DNA from: Bacteroidota bacterium
Lineage (GTDB): Bacteria; Bacteroidota; Ignavibacteria; UBA10030; UBA6906
Direction of reading: 5' to 3'
DNA length: 64,000 nucleotides
Assembly (NCBI GenBank): GCA_036397975.1
Contig: DASWHW010000056.1
Coordinates: 766-64,765, forward strand
Notes under the pieces: model-generated
Told to the model about the DNA's origin: nothing
Databases searched by the model: none
The model's input: only the letters and a program-made list of their open reading frames with translations
Shown here: piece by piece, positions 8,931-18,436 of the stretch
Position numbering within the stretch: the first letter of the stretch is position 1
Layout of the letters: every line of letters starts with the position of its first letter
Program-made: the position numbers and the translations under genes

Positions 8931-9131
8931 ATGCTAGAGAACATTGGCGGGACTGAGATTCTTGTGATTCTCTTTGTGGTCTTCATCTTCTTCGGTCCGA
9001 AGAAGATGCCTGAGATCGGTCGTTCCATCGGGAAGGGTGTCCGTGAATTCCGAGAGGCGATGCGCAGTATTCAATCAGATATTCAAAGTGCTGCTAGCCT
9101 CGACGATGAGAAGAAGGGAAAGCTGAAGTAA
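8931..9131 (+). CDS. Second TatA/TatB-family subunit
   Basis: EILVILFVVFIFFGPKKMPEIGRSIGKGVREFR. Confidence 0.88.
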   Translation: MLENIGGTEILVILFVVFIFFGPKKMPEIGRSIGKGVREFREAMRSIQSDIQSAASLDDEKKGKLK

Positions 9132-9215
9132 GCGTCCTCTCTTGGGTTTCCCTTCCGGGTAAGCGTTTTCCCTGAACAACCTGCTGCAATCAAACCACTT
9201 GAATCAAAATCATTC

Positions 9216-10655
9216 ATGCAAACTGAATTGACATTCGAAAAAACTCGAGAGAGTATCCTCTCCGGGGTGACAACATGCGAGCGGGTTGTGGACGGTTATC
9301 TCCAAAAGATTGATTCCGCCAAACGTCTAAACGCGTTTCTCTCTGTCTTCCACGATGAGGCGCGCGACCAAGCGTGTCGGGTGGACAGGAAGATTGCCTC
9401 GGGAACAGCCGGGAAACTTGCGGGGATGGTCATCGGCATTAAAGATGTCCTCTGCATGAAGGGGAAGAAGGTCACCTGCGGCTCGCGCATCCTGGAAAAT
9501 TTCGAATCTTTGTACACCGCGACCGCAGTCGAGGCGCTGCTCCGAGAAGATGCAATTCTTGTTGGCAAAACCAATATGGATGAGTTTGCGATGGGCTCAT
9601 CGACGGAAAATTCTGCCTACGGTCCGGTGCTCAATCCTATTGATGAGACTCGCGTCCCGGGAGGTTCGAGTGGTGGATCATGCGTTGCCGTTGCTGCAGG
9701 TCTTTCTCACGCTGCGCTTGGAACCGATACCGGCGGTTCCATTCGTCAGCCCGCGTCCTTCTGTGGAGTCGTGGGGCTGAAGCCAACATATGGTCGTGTG
9801 TCTCGATACGGACTTGTTGCGCTCTCATCTTCCTTTGATCAGATCGGTCCGTTTGCCCACACAGTACGTGATGCTGCCACGGTCCTCGGCGTTATCGCCG
9901 GACACGACGAACGTGATTCTACATCGGCTGAAGTACCGGTGCCCGATTATGCCCGGTCGCTTTCGAAAGATGTGAAGGGAATGAAGATCGGCATTCCCGC
10001 TGAGGCGTTTGCAGACGGATTGAACGACGAGGTCCGATCAAATGTGGAGAAAGCGGTGGACGTGTTGCGAAATGCCGGTGCGTCGATTCATGATATTCAC
10101 CTACCGCACTCGCAGTACAATATCTCAACCTACTATATTCTCATGACAGCGGAGGCATCGTCGAACCTTGCCCGCTATGATGGTGCGAGATATGGCTTTC
10201 GTGAAAACGAGGCTCATGATCTGGCATCGATGTATACGAAATCCAGGAGCGAAGGCCTTGGCGCAGAAACTAAACGACGAATTATGCTCGGGACATATGT
10301 TCTTTCAGCAGGATACTACGATGCGTATTACAAGAAGGCGCAACGGGTTCGCAGGCTCATCCAGCATGATTTCTTGCAGGCGTTCAGAAAGGTCGACTGT
10401 ATCCTGATGCCAACATCTCCCACGACCGCGTTTTCCTTCGGGGAAAAAGCTGACGACCCACTGCAAATGTACTTGTCCGACATTTACACGGTCTCCGCGA
10501 ATCTTGCTGGCATTCCCGGTATCAGTGTCCCGTTCGGTGCCGACAGCAAGGGTTTGCCTGTCGGCGTGCAACTACTTGGAAAACAATTTGACGAACCCAC
10601 AGTTCTTCGTGTCGCTGATTTCCTTGAGTCACACGTACGGGGAGACCATTCCTAA
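9216..10655 (+). CDS. gatA: Asp-tRNA(Asn)/Glu-tRNA(Gln) amidotransferase subunit A
   Basis: GKTNMDEFAMGSST, PGGSSGGS, DTGGSIRQPA, ETKRRIMLGTYVLS. Confidence 0.96.
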   Translation: MQTELTFEKTRESILSGVTTCERVVDGYLQKIDSAKRLNAFLSVFHDEARDQACRVDRKIASGTAGKLAGMVIGIKDVLCMKGKKVTCGSRILENFESLYTATAVEALLREDAILVGKTNMDEFAMGSSTENSAYGPVLNPIDETRVPGGSSGGSCVAVAAGLSHAALGTDTGGSIRQPASFCGVVGLKPTYGRVSRYGLVALSSSFDQIGPFAHTVRDAATVLGVIAGHDERDSTSAEVPVPDYARSLSKDVKGMKIGIPAEAFADGLNDEVRSNVEKAVDVLRNAGASIHDIHLPHSQYNISTYYILMTAEASSNLARYDGARYGFRENEAHDLASMYTKSRSEGLGAETKRRIMLGTYVLSAGYYDAYYKKAQRVRRLIQHDFLQAFRKVDCILMPTSPTTAFSFGEKADDPLQMYLSDIYTVSANLAGIPGISVPFGADSKGLPVGVQLLGKQFDEPTVLRVADFLESHVRGDHS

Positions 10656-10692
10656 TTCACGGCATACGTTCATAATAACATAATGAGCTCCA

Positions 10693-11718
10693 ATGAGCAT
10701 TCTTGTCAATAGAAAAACACGTCTCGTCGTCCAGGGTATTACAGGGGGCGAAGGAACATTTCACACCTCACAAATGATCGAGTACGGTACCAACGTTGTT
10801 GCCGGAGTTACACCGGGAAAGGGTGGAACGAATTACAAAGGGAATGACAAGGATCCGTTTCAGAAAGAGGTTCCTGTCTTCAACACTGTCGCGGAAGCCG
10901 TCGGTTCAGCGAAAGCCAACACCTCGGTGATTTTTGTTCCCGCAGCTTTTGCCGCCGACGCAATTCTTGAAGCAGCACAAGCCGGCATTCGAGTGATTGT
11001 ATGTATCACCGAAGGAATACCGGCAAGTGATATGGCAAGAGCATATGAGTTTGTTAAGAAAAACGGCGTGGTTCTCATAGGACCAAATTGTCCGGGAATC
11101 ATTACTCCTGGTGAATGCAAAATCGGGATCATGCCCGGTTTCATCCACAAGAAAGGTCGGATTGGCGTCGTCTCGCGCAGTGGCACGCTCACCTACGAAG
11201 CAGTCTGGCAGTTGACGGAGCGCGGACTCGGTCAATCGACCTGTATCGGGATTGGTGGAGATCCAATTATCGGTACGCAATTCATCGATGCGATCAGACT
11301 TTTCAACGAGGATAGCGGTACGAATGGTATTGTCATGATTGGAGAAATTGGGGGAACGGCGGAGGAAGAGGCGGCAAGTTATATCAAAAAGAATGTAAAG
11401 AAACCGGTGGTTGGCTTTATCGCCGGCCGCACCGCTCCTCCCGGACGACGGATGGGACATGCAGGAGCGATCATTGCAGGAGGAAAAGGGACCGCAGGTG
11501 AAAAAATGGCAGCCATGCGGAAGGCAGGTATTCATGTGGTGGAGAGCCCTGCACTGATTGGCGAGGTGATGGAGCGCGTATTGGGGCAGAGGAACGGAGG
11601 CCATTTGCGCACCGCTGTCAAAAAGAAGACCTCCGCCAAGAAACAAGTCGTAACCCGGAAGCCGGTGAAGAAGAAAAAGAGAAAGCCGAAGGTGCGCGCG
11701 AAAAGAAAATCAAAGTAA
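10693..11718 (+). CDS. sucD: Succinyl-CoA ligase alpha subunit with a Lys/Arg-rich C-terminal extension
   Basis: [29 protein letters not shown] phospho-His motif. Confidence 0.96.
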   Translation: MSILVNRKTRLVVQGITGGEGTFHTSQMIEYGTNVVAGVTPGKGGTNYKGNDKDPFQKEVPVFNTVAEAVGSAKANTSVIFVPAAFAADAILEAAQAGIRVIVCITEGIPASDMARAYEFVKKNGVVLIGPNCPGIITPGECKIGIMPGFIHKKGRIGVVSRSGTLTYEAVWQLTERGLGQSTCIGIGGDPIIGTQFIDAIRLFNEDSGTNGIVMIGEIGGTAEEEAASYIKKNVKKPVVGFIAGRTAPPGRRMGHAGAIIAGGKGTAGEKMAAMRKAGIHVVESPALIGEVMERVLGQRNGGHLRTAVKKKTSAKKQVVTRKPVKKKKRKPKVRAKRKSK

Positions 11719-11733
11719 CACAGGGTATTCATT

Positions 11734-12774
11734 GTGAGGAACAAAATTCTCGCTTCCAGAATCCACGTTCTTGCCTCCGTCGTCGTGTTCACAATGTGGG
11801 TTTGGGGAGCGGATAATTTCTCCACTTCCTTAAACGGTGATCCACGCTCTACACTAGGGGCTATTCTCCATGGAACAGCTCATAGACCTTTTGTAGAACG
11901 AATGCTGGTCCCAATACTGACTCGAGGTGTTTACGCACTTGCGGACGAAGAAAGGTGGAATGACCTGAGCAGATTCCTCCTAAAGATTCCCAAGATTCAA
12001 GAGGAAACAACACGCCTTGGCTGGGAAACTCAGTACCTCCCTGAATACATCATTGCTCTCGGACTCGCGCTGGGATCTCTTATTGGCTTTGCATTCGTTT
12101 TCGAAAGGTTCTATTCCTCACTCTATGAAACATATGATGTTGTTACCAACGCTCTCCCCACATTAGCAGTTCTTTGTCTCCCCCCTTTTTTTGATGTCGG
12201 GACACACTATATTTATGACTTTCCATCATTGCTCCTGTTTACGATGGGATTGCTGCTGATGCAGAAAAGGAAATGGACTCTCTTCTACCCTGTTTTTATC
12301 ATAGGATGCCTGAATAAGGAAACGATGGTAATCCTCTTGGTGGGGTTTGTGTTACTCTTCTATCAGCGAATGAGTAGACGGAAGATGCTCCTTCATGTCG
12401 CCGCGCAACTTGGGATATTTGCAATAGTAAAGGGGCTTGCAATGTACCAGTATGGTGCGAATCCAGGATCTTCGTTGGAGTTCCATTTGTACAGAAACAT
12501 TCATTTTCTCCTTCTTCCATATAATGTTGTGACGCTGATAGTTGGTGCGGTAATCATCGGACTGACGGTCTACGACATTAAAGAAAAACATATTCTCCTC
12601 CGAAAAATGGCATGGTTGATCGTTCCCTTTGCAGCACTCATGGTTGTGTTTGGACTTGTAAATGAAGTCCGCGCGCTTTATGAGCTATTCCCTATCTATT
12701 TTCTGCTGATTGCGCATACGGTTCTGTTTTCTTTTCTTAAGCTCCCGTTTAAGCTCAAACTGGCGACGGAGTAA
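11734..12774 (+). CDS. Polytopic membrane protein of unknown function (possibly GT-C-like)
   Basis: 346-aa ORF with about 9 hydrophobic segments filling the sucD-ndk gap; GTG start. Confidence 0.75.
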   Translation: MRNKILASRIHVLASVVVFTMWVWGADNFSTSLNGDPRSTLGAILHGTAHRPFVERMLVPILTRGVYALADEERWNDLSRFLLKIPKIQEETTRLGWETQYLPEYIIALGLALGSLIGFAFVFERFYSSLYETYDVVTNALPTLAVLCLPPFFDVGTHYIYDFPSLLLFTMGLLLMQKRKWTLFYPVFIIGCLNKETMVILLVGFVLLFYQRMSRRKMLLHVAAQLGIFAIVKGLAMYQYGANPGSSLEFHLYRNIHFLLLPYNVVTLIVGAVIIGLTVYDIKEKHILLRKMAWLIVPFAALMVVFGLVNEVRALYELFPIYFLLIAHTVLFSFLKLPFKLKLATE

Positions 12775-12826
12775 TGATGACTATTGTCTTAACAAAATTC
12801 CCTTTTGAAAGGAGTTTAACTATCCA

Positions 12827-13246
12827 ATGGCAGTTGAACGCACGCTTGCAATTCTGAAACCCGATTGCGTTAAAAAGAATGTTTGTGGTGAAGTTATCGC
12901 CCGTATTGAAAAGGCCGGCTTCAAGATTCTCGGCATGAAAATGACACGGCTGACCAAAGAGACTGCCGGTGGTTTCTACACCGTCCATCGAGAGCGTCCG
13001 TTTTTCGCGGAGTTGGTGAATTTCATGACTTCCGGGAAATGTGTACCCATTGCATTGGAGAAAGAGAATGCGGTCGCAGATTTTCGTACGCTGATTGGAG
13101 CAACAGATCCAAAGGACGCCGCTCCCGACACCATCCGAAAGGATTTTGCATCGAGCAAGGGAGAGAACATTGTCCATGGATCTGACTCGGCGGAGAACGG
13201 GAGGATCGAAATCGCGTACTTTTTTCCCGAGCAGGACATTCTTTAG
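12827..13246 (+). CDS. ndk: Nucleoside diphosphate kinase
   Basis: [18 protein letters not shown]. Confidence 0.96.
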   Translation: MAVERTLAILKPDCVKKNVCGEVIARIEKAGFKILGMKMTRLTKETAGGFYTVHRERPFFAELVNFMTSGKCVPIALEKENAVADFRTLIGATDPKDAAPDTIRKDFASSKGENIVHGSDSAENGRIEIAYFFPEQDIL

Positions 13247-13276
13247 ATGTTTGGCGGCCAGAATCTAATACATGAC

Positions 13277-13315
13277 GAGGAGTGGCGCACGTTGGCTCTC
13301 CTCTCTTTTTTTTTT
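13277..13315 (+). terminator. Intrinsic terminator after ndk
   Basis: GAGGAG...CTCCTC stem followed by a T10 run. Confidence 0.6.
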
Positions 13316-13326
13316 GCAGGCATACC

Positions 13327-13866
13327 ATGGCACTTCAAAAATGGAAAAAGTTGTCAGAGAAAGTCATCTTCGATAATTCCTGGTGGGAATACAGAAAAGA
13401 TACGTTTCAGTTACCACATGGGAAGGACGGTGTGTATCACTACGTGCATACCAACGGTGCATCTTTGATTATCCCGATCTTGGAAGATGGCAAGGTCATC
13501 GTTGTGAAACAGTATCGCTACCTTTGCGATAGAGAAAGCGTTGAATTTCCGTGTGGTGGTGTTAAGAACGGCGCCTCGTACGAAGAAACGGCGTGGCATG
13601 AACTGGCAGAGGAGACGGGGTACTCTGCGAAGACATTGCACCAGATCGGAGAATTCAATCCTTACAATGGCGTGACTGACGAGATATGCAAGGTCTATGT
13701 TGCACAGGATCTTCAATTCATCGGTGGTGTTCCTGATGAAACTGAACAGTTTGAGGTTCTCCCATTGTCTCGGAAGGAAATTGACGATCAGATCAGAAGC
13801 GGGTCCATCTGGGACGGGATGATGATGGCTGCGTGGCAGATCGCGAGACTCAAGTCGTATGTATAG
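13327..13866 (+). CDS. NUDIX hydrolase (ADP-ribose pyrophosphatase-like)
   Basis: EFPCGGV...ETAWHELAEETG Nudix box, KQYRY. Confidence 0.9.
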   Translation: MALQKWKKLSEKVIFDNSWWEYRKDTFQLPHGKDGVYHYVHTNGASLIIPILEDGKVIVVKQYRYLCDRESVEFPCGGVKNGASYEETAWHELAEETGYSAKTLHQIGEFNPYNGVTDEICKVYVAQDLQFIGGVPDETEQFEVLPLSRKEIDDQIRSGSIWDGMMMAAWQIARLKSYV

Positions 13867-15073
13867 AATCCTCTTTCTTGTTCTTCTTTCCTGCTGTGGA
13901 ATCACAAAGTCGTTTTCACTTCAGTCAGTGAAACTTGGCTCTGATGTTCTTGTGGAAGAACGCCTGGACATTCTCCGCGATAAGAGAGTAGGGTTAATCA
14001 CCAATCAAACCGGACGATTGAGCGACGGAACATATCTAATCGACACATTGCTCTCGCTCGGTATTAATGTCGTGGCGTTGTTCGGGCCTGAGCATGGGAT
14101 TCGCGGAGAAGGAGCGGCGGGAGAAAAAATCTCAGATGGTCGGGACTCGAAGACGGGAGTGGTGGTCTATTCGCTCTATGGCGCGACCAAGAAACCCACA
14201 CCTCAGATGCTTGCAGAGATCGATGTGCTCGTGTATGACATTCAGGACGTGGGCGCTCGTTTTTACACATACATTAGTACATTAGGCCTTGCAATGGAAG
14301 CAGCCGCCGAGCGTGGAATCCCTTTCGTCGTTCTGGACAGGCCTAACCCACTTGGTGGCGAGAAAATTGACGGTCCGGTCCTGAGCGATTCTCTTCGATC
14401 GTTCGTCGGCATGTATCCGATACCTGTTGTGTACGGACTTACGTGTGGCGAACTGGCGCGAATGATCAACGGAGAGCTGTGGCTCAAGGATAGAATCTCA
14501 GCACTTCTCATCGTTGTTCCCATGAGAGGCTGGACGAGACGAATGCTATGGAAGGATACGGGTTTGGGATGGATTCCACCATCTCCCAACATTCCGTTCC
14601 CGGAAACTGCTCTTGTTTATCCGGCGACGTGTTTCTTTGAGGCAACGAATGTTTCGGAAGGGAGAGGGACCTCCCGTCCGTTTCAAACCATCGGTGCGCC
14701 GTTCATAGAGGGACAAACTCTAGCATGGCAGCTTGAAAAAAGTTTAGATCCCGCCACGAAAGTTACACCGACGGAATTTACTCCGACGAGTTCGAAGCAT
14801 AGCAAAGTACATTGCCGGGGTGTTTTCTTCGAAGTGAGCGATTTTGTCGCCTTTCGACCTGTAGCTGCTGGAATTCACTTCATCCAGACCATTCGCTTAC
14901 TCGCTCCCAAGGATTATGTTATCAGAAAAAAGGGACTTGAGCGCTTGATTGGGTCATCGGAGGTAGTGCAAATGATTCTAGAAAATGAAAAGCCATCCGT
15001 CATAATGGATTCTTGGTTATCTCAACTCCAGGAGTATCGTCGGTCGGCTTCTCGTTATCACCTCTATCCGTAA
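13859..15073 (+). CDS. Exo-beta-N-acetylmuramidase NamZ family (DUF1343)
   Basis: GLITNQTG, FGPEHGIRG, DIQDVGARFYTY, LDRPNPLGG, SEGRGT; signal peptide. Confidence 0.9.
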   Translation: MYRILFLVLLSCCGITKSFSLQSVKLGSDVLVEERLDILRDKRVGLITNQTGRLSDGTYLIDTLLSLGINVVALFGPEHGIRGEGAAGEKISDGRDSKTGVVVYSLYGATKKPTPQMLAEIDVLVYDIQDVGARFYTYISTLGLAMEAAAERGIPFVVLDRPNPLGGEKIDGPVLSDSLRSFVGMYPIPVVYGLTCGELARMINGELWLKDRISALLIVVPMRGWTRRMLWKDTGLGWIPPSPNIPFPETALVYPATCFFEATNVSEGRGTSRPFQTIGAPFIEGQTLAWQLEKSLDPATKVTPTEFTPTSSKHSKVHCRGVFFEVSDFVAFRPVAAGIHFIQTIRLLAPKDYVIRKKGLERLIGSSEVVQMILENEKPSVIMDSWLSQLQEYRRSASRYHLYP

Positions 15074-15124
15074 GATCATCCCTTAATAAGGTCAAGTAAA
15101 TTTCTATAGATATCCCTCACTTTC

Positions 15125-15155
15125 TTGACTTTTCCTGAGCAATTGAGTAGATTTG
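15125..15155 (+). promoter_or_regulatory. Promoter of the GAF-GGDEF gene
   Basis: TTGACT-17 bp-TAGATTTG (TAnnTTTG-type). Confidence 0.6.
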
Positions 15156-15220
15156 AAACGTTTATTGATTGCCTTACTCTAAGTACATGGCAAGAAAAGA
15201 CCGATGGTGGCAGCCACTCG

Positions 15221-17125
15221 ATGGTACAATTTTTCACAAAAGCAGCTCGCGATCCCGGACGTACCATCCTGATTCTCGTTTGTATTGCACTCACCATCGG
15301 CTTTTTTTATTGGTCAGCAATCGGCAAGGTCATCAGTGCCCTGATCATTCTCTTTGCGGTCGGCGTTCTGGTCTGGCGTGAAAGGAAAAATCTGCAGCGG
15401 CACACACTGTTTTCGAAAGCGGAAATGTATTCACATCCCCCCGAAGGCAATATGAAAAAACTGCTCTTTGATGATTACCAATCACCATCTGGTGGCAAGT
15501 ATATCGTAAAAGAGGTACAAGAGAGCGAGGTTACAGTCCCGTCGACGAAATCGGTGCAATCAGTGCCGGCGGTTCGTCTAGAAGATATTGCTGAGTTCAG
15601 TATATCTGATTTTTTTGATCTCGACTCGGATGTTTTTCAGGATGAAGTTGAGCCAAAAAATGAATTCAATTTCCTCATGCGAAAAGTGCTCCACGCGCTC
15701 AAGGATATGGTATTCGCCCATGCCGCAATGTTCTTTTGGGTGAACAAGGAAAAAGGGGAGATTGTGTTGGAGTCGCGTGCGACAGAAAGTTCAAATGTTG
15801 TTTCGGGCAAACGTTTTCCTATCGAAAACGATGTCGTCAGTCAGGTGGCTCTGAGTGGTAAGCCGGTCTATCTCGGGCGTATTGATCCCTCATCGGAGAA
15901 GGATCTCTTGGTCTACTATGAATCACCCGAGTATGTGAAATCGGTGGTTGGAGTTCCCGTTTTCTACGGAAGCGGCAAAGAGGAAGTTTCTCCCGTCGGC
16001 GTTATTGTTGCAGACAGCAAGGCGGAGGATGCTTTTGGATTCGAGACGGTAAGCATTCTGGGAAATTTCACGAAGCTTGTCTCTGCTCTCATCCAGAGTT
16101 ACACGAAAAAGTATGATCTTCTCCTTGATTCCGAGCTGCTCTCTTCTGTAAGAAGAATGTCCGATCGGATCAAGTCGGACCCTCATGAAGCGACGGTGTT
16201 GCAGTCCTTGATTGATGAGGCAAACCGCCTTCTCAATTGGGACACTTGCACGGTGACGATGTACAGTGATGAATTTCAGGGGTGGACCGTTCAGCGGGTC
16301 ATTCAGAAGACTGATGACCCCTGTGTTGCGTCGGGTCATCCGGTGAGTTTTGATTCATGTGTGGTTGGTGAGACGATCAGGACGAACACGGTGAAGGTCA
16401 TTGCAAACCTTCAGGAAGAACGGACCTGTCGATATTCGCCAGAGGAGCCTCCGGTGAACGGAGGGTCATTCCTTTGTGTTCCCATTAGCTCGATTAATCG
16501 CTGCTACGGAGCCGTAGCACTTGAAAGTCAGAACCCGGGAAATTTTTCGGGGACAGAAGTTGAGACGTTGTTCCGCCTCGTGGAAAGTGCCTCAGCCTTG
16601 CTCGAGGTTATTTACATGAATGACATAGTGAAGGATTATGTCATTGTTGATCGGCTCACCGGTTCTTTCACGAAGAAGAACTTCTTGAAGAAAGTAGAAG
16701 AAGAAGTTCAGCGAGCGGAGGATTTCGGCACTGACCTTGCCCTTGTTTCTCTTGCAGTGGACAATGTTGAAGAACATATCCATCGATATGGGAAAGAAGG
16801 ATTTGATTCTATCCTTCATCAGATTGCGAAAGTTGTCCGGGCAAATATCCGTCCCTATGATATTATTGGCAGGCAGGAATCCCATTGCCTGGGCGTCCTT
16901 TTTGTGAACACCCCCGCGGGAGATGCCTATGTATGGGCGGAAAAAGTGAGAAAAATGATCGCCTCTCACGTGATCGAAGTAGCCGGGAGAAGCTTCTCGG
17001 TTACGGTGAGTGTCGGCGTGTGTGGTCTCATAGATGGAATGAGGAAAGATGACCTTCTGGAAGGCACGGCACAGGTGTTGCACACAGCAATCGAAAACGG
17101 CGGGAATCTCGTCCGGGTATATTAA
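15221..17125 (+). CDS. Membrane-anchored GAF-GAF-GGDEF(degenerate) protein
   Basis: Two N-terminal TM helices, two GAF-like domains (KSVVGVPV, SFLCVPI), C-terminal DRLTG...RPYDIIGRQESHCL...VTVSVGV. Confidence 0.85.
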   Translation: MVQFFTKAARDPGRTILILVCIALTIGFFYWSAIGKVISALIILFAVGVLVWRERKNLQRHTLFSKAEMYSHPPEGNMKKLLFDDYQSPSGGKYIVKEVQESEVTVPSTKSVQSVPAVRLEDIAEFSISDFFDLDSDVFQDEVEPKNEFNFLMRKVLHALKDMVFAHAAMFFWVNKEKGEIVLESRATESSNVVSGKRFPIENDVVSQVALSGKPVYLGRIDPSSEKDLLVYYESPEYVKSVVGVPVFYGSGKEEVSPVGVIVADSKAEDAFGFETVSILGNFTKLVSALIQSYTKKYDLLLDSELLSSVRRMSDRIKSDPHEATVLQSLIDEANRLLNWDTCTVTMYSDEFQGWTVQRVIQKTDDPCVASGHPVSFDSCVVGETIRTNTVKVIANLQEERTCRYSPEEPPVNGGSFLCVPISSINRCYGAVALESQNPGNFSGTEVETLFRLVESASALLEVIYMNDIVKDYVIVDRLTGSFTKKNFLKKVEEEVQRAEDFGTDLALVSLAVDNVEEHIHRYGKEGFDSILHQIAKVVRANIRPYDIIGRQESHCLGVLFVNTPAGDAYVWAEKVRKMIASHVIEVAGRSFSVTVSVGVCGLIDGMRKDDLLEGTAQVLHTAIENGGNLVRVY

Positions 17126-17153
17126 TATTCATTCATTAACGGATTTATAGATC

Positions 17154-17348
17154 ATGGCAAAGCAGCAATCGTTTCAGGACAAAGCAACCAAAGCAGCGTC
17201 GATGAAGGGTTCGAAGTGCGAGAAGTGCGGAACTGTTTACCAACCGCTTCTGCTGGTTACCTCTGAACAGTCAAAGTCGACGAGCTGGAAATTTAACGAG
17301 CGCAGGGTGTTGGTCTGCAAGTGCAATGAGAAGCAGGTGTACGCCTGA
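17154..17348 (+). CDS. Small basic Cys4 (Zn-ribbon-like) protein, candidate bL38/DUF4295-like ribosomal protein
   Basis: MAKQQSFQDK...CEKC...WKFNERRVLVCKC; followed by a terminator. Confidence 0.75.
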   Translation: MAKQQSFQDKATKAASMKGSKCEKCGTVYQPLLLVTSEQSKSTSWKFNERRVLVCKCNEKQVYA

Positions 17349-17410
17349 CAAAGGTGAACTTTGTTTCGCTTCGTTCGTATAAGCACGTGGTATGCCACGA
17401 AAAATTATTG

Positions 17411-17438
17411 GAGGAGCTTGATCGAAGCTCCTCTTTTT
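17411..17438 (+). terminator. Intrinsic terminator
   Basis: GAGGAGCTT-GATCG-AAGCTCCTC followed by TTTTT. Confidence 0.85.
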
Positions 17439-17460
17439 GTAGGACAATTCGCACTTCCTG

Positions 17461-17736
17461 ATGAAAAAACCGAGCATGGAGTTTGAGGCGTATTTGGGAC
17501 AGAATGGAGAAGTGGCTGTCCCGAAAACGGTGTTGGAGCAACTCAAGGGGAAAAATCGCCGGGTTCGCGTGCGAATCACTGATGCTGAACTCTCTGATCG
17601 ACTTCGAACCAAGGGAGTGGAGGAAGAAGAGATCGATCGAATTGCCTCGCTGCAGATGGAGTCCCGTTCACAGGTGATCGCATTTCTTCTCTCTGAAGGG
17701 CAGCTTCGTGGTGTGCGAAAGAGGAATCGTCGTTGA
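17461..17736 (+). CDS. AbrB/MazE-like swapped-hairpin protein (antitoxin-like)
   Basis: MEFEAYLGQNGEVAVPKTVLEQL...RVRVRI N-terminus, acidic helical C-terminus; overlaps the next gene by 4 bp. Confidence 0.6.
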   Translation: MKKPSMEFEAYLGQNGEVAVPKTVLEQLKGKNRRVRVRITDAELSDRLRTKGVEEEEIDRIASLQMESRSQVIAFLLSEGQLRGVRKRNRR

Positions 17737-18170
17737 TCGTGCCGAAGCTTGTGATTCATACAGATGTCCTGAGAGATCATCTGTATGGAAGTCGATCACC
17801 ATCGATCTTGCGAATTGCGCAATCAAAATTTTTCTGTTACACAACGGTGTTTCAGGCGATTGATTTGTTTGCGGAAGCCACAACAGCGATTGAACGCGAG
17901 GCAATGCAAAACTCGATGGCGACACTGAAACTGTTGGGCATGAACGCCAAGAACGCATGGGAATACGGAAGGCTTCTGAAAGCCAATGAGCAACGGCGGG
18001 AATTATATGTTATGGCGGCCGGCCTTTGCATTGAATCGCGATTGCCCTTGTTGACAAATCAAGGAGGTGTGTTCAAAGGAATGAAGAATCTTCAACTTGT
18101 TCCTGCTTCCCTGATTGCGAGAGAAGAATCCGCAAAGAAAATTTTGAATGTAGCACGAAGGAAAAAATGA
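17733..18170 (+). CDS. PIN-domain (VapC-like) protein with a degenerate active site
   Basis: LVIHTDVLRDHL, TTVFQAIDLF, YVMAAGLCIESRLPLLTN pattern of the PIN fold; TTG start. Confidence 0.75.
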   Translation: MIVPKLVIHTDVLRDHLYGSRSPSILRIAQSKFFCYTTVFQAIDLFAEATTAIEREAMQNSMATLKLLGMNAKNAWEYGRLLKANEQRRELYVMAAGLCIESRLPLLTNQGGVFKGMKNLQLVPASLIAREESAKKILNVARRKK

Positions 18171-18436
18171 TACTCGGCAAAGTGGTCGGTACGGTGTGGG
18201 CAACGCGGAAGGACGAAGAGCTTGTGGGAATGAGTTTCCAAATAGTGAAGCACTTGGACCTCAACTACAAACTGAAGGATACGTTTGTCGTTGCGGTCGA
18301 TACTGTCCAGGCGGGCGTCGGTGACGTGGTACTGATGTGTACCGGTAGTTCTGCGAGGCAAACGACGCTCACAAAAAACAAGCCGGTGGATGCCGTCATC
18401 ATGGCTGTTGTTGACAAGATCGATATAGCGGACTGA
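18167..18436 (+). CDS. EutN/CcmL microcompartment vertex protein (BMC-P), GSSAR type
   Basis: MILGKVVGTVWATRK, AVDTVQAGVGDVVL, GSSAR, PVDAVIMAVVD. Confidence 0.93.
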   Translation: MILGKVVGTVWATRKDEELVGMSFQIVKHLDLNYKLKDTFVVAVDTVQAGVGDVVLMCTGSSARQTTLTKNKPVDAVIMAVVDKIDIAD

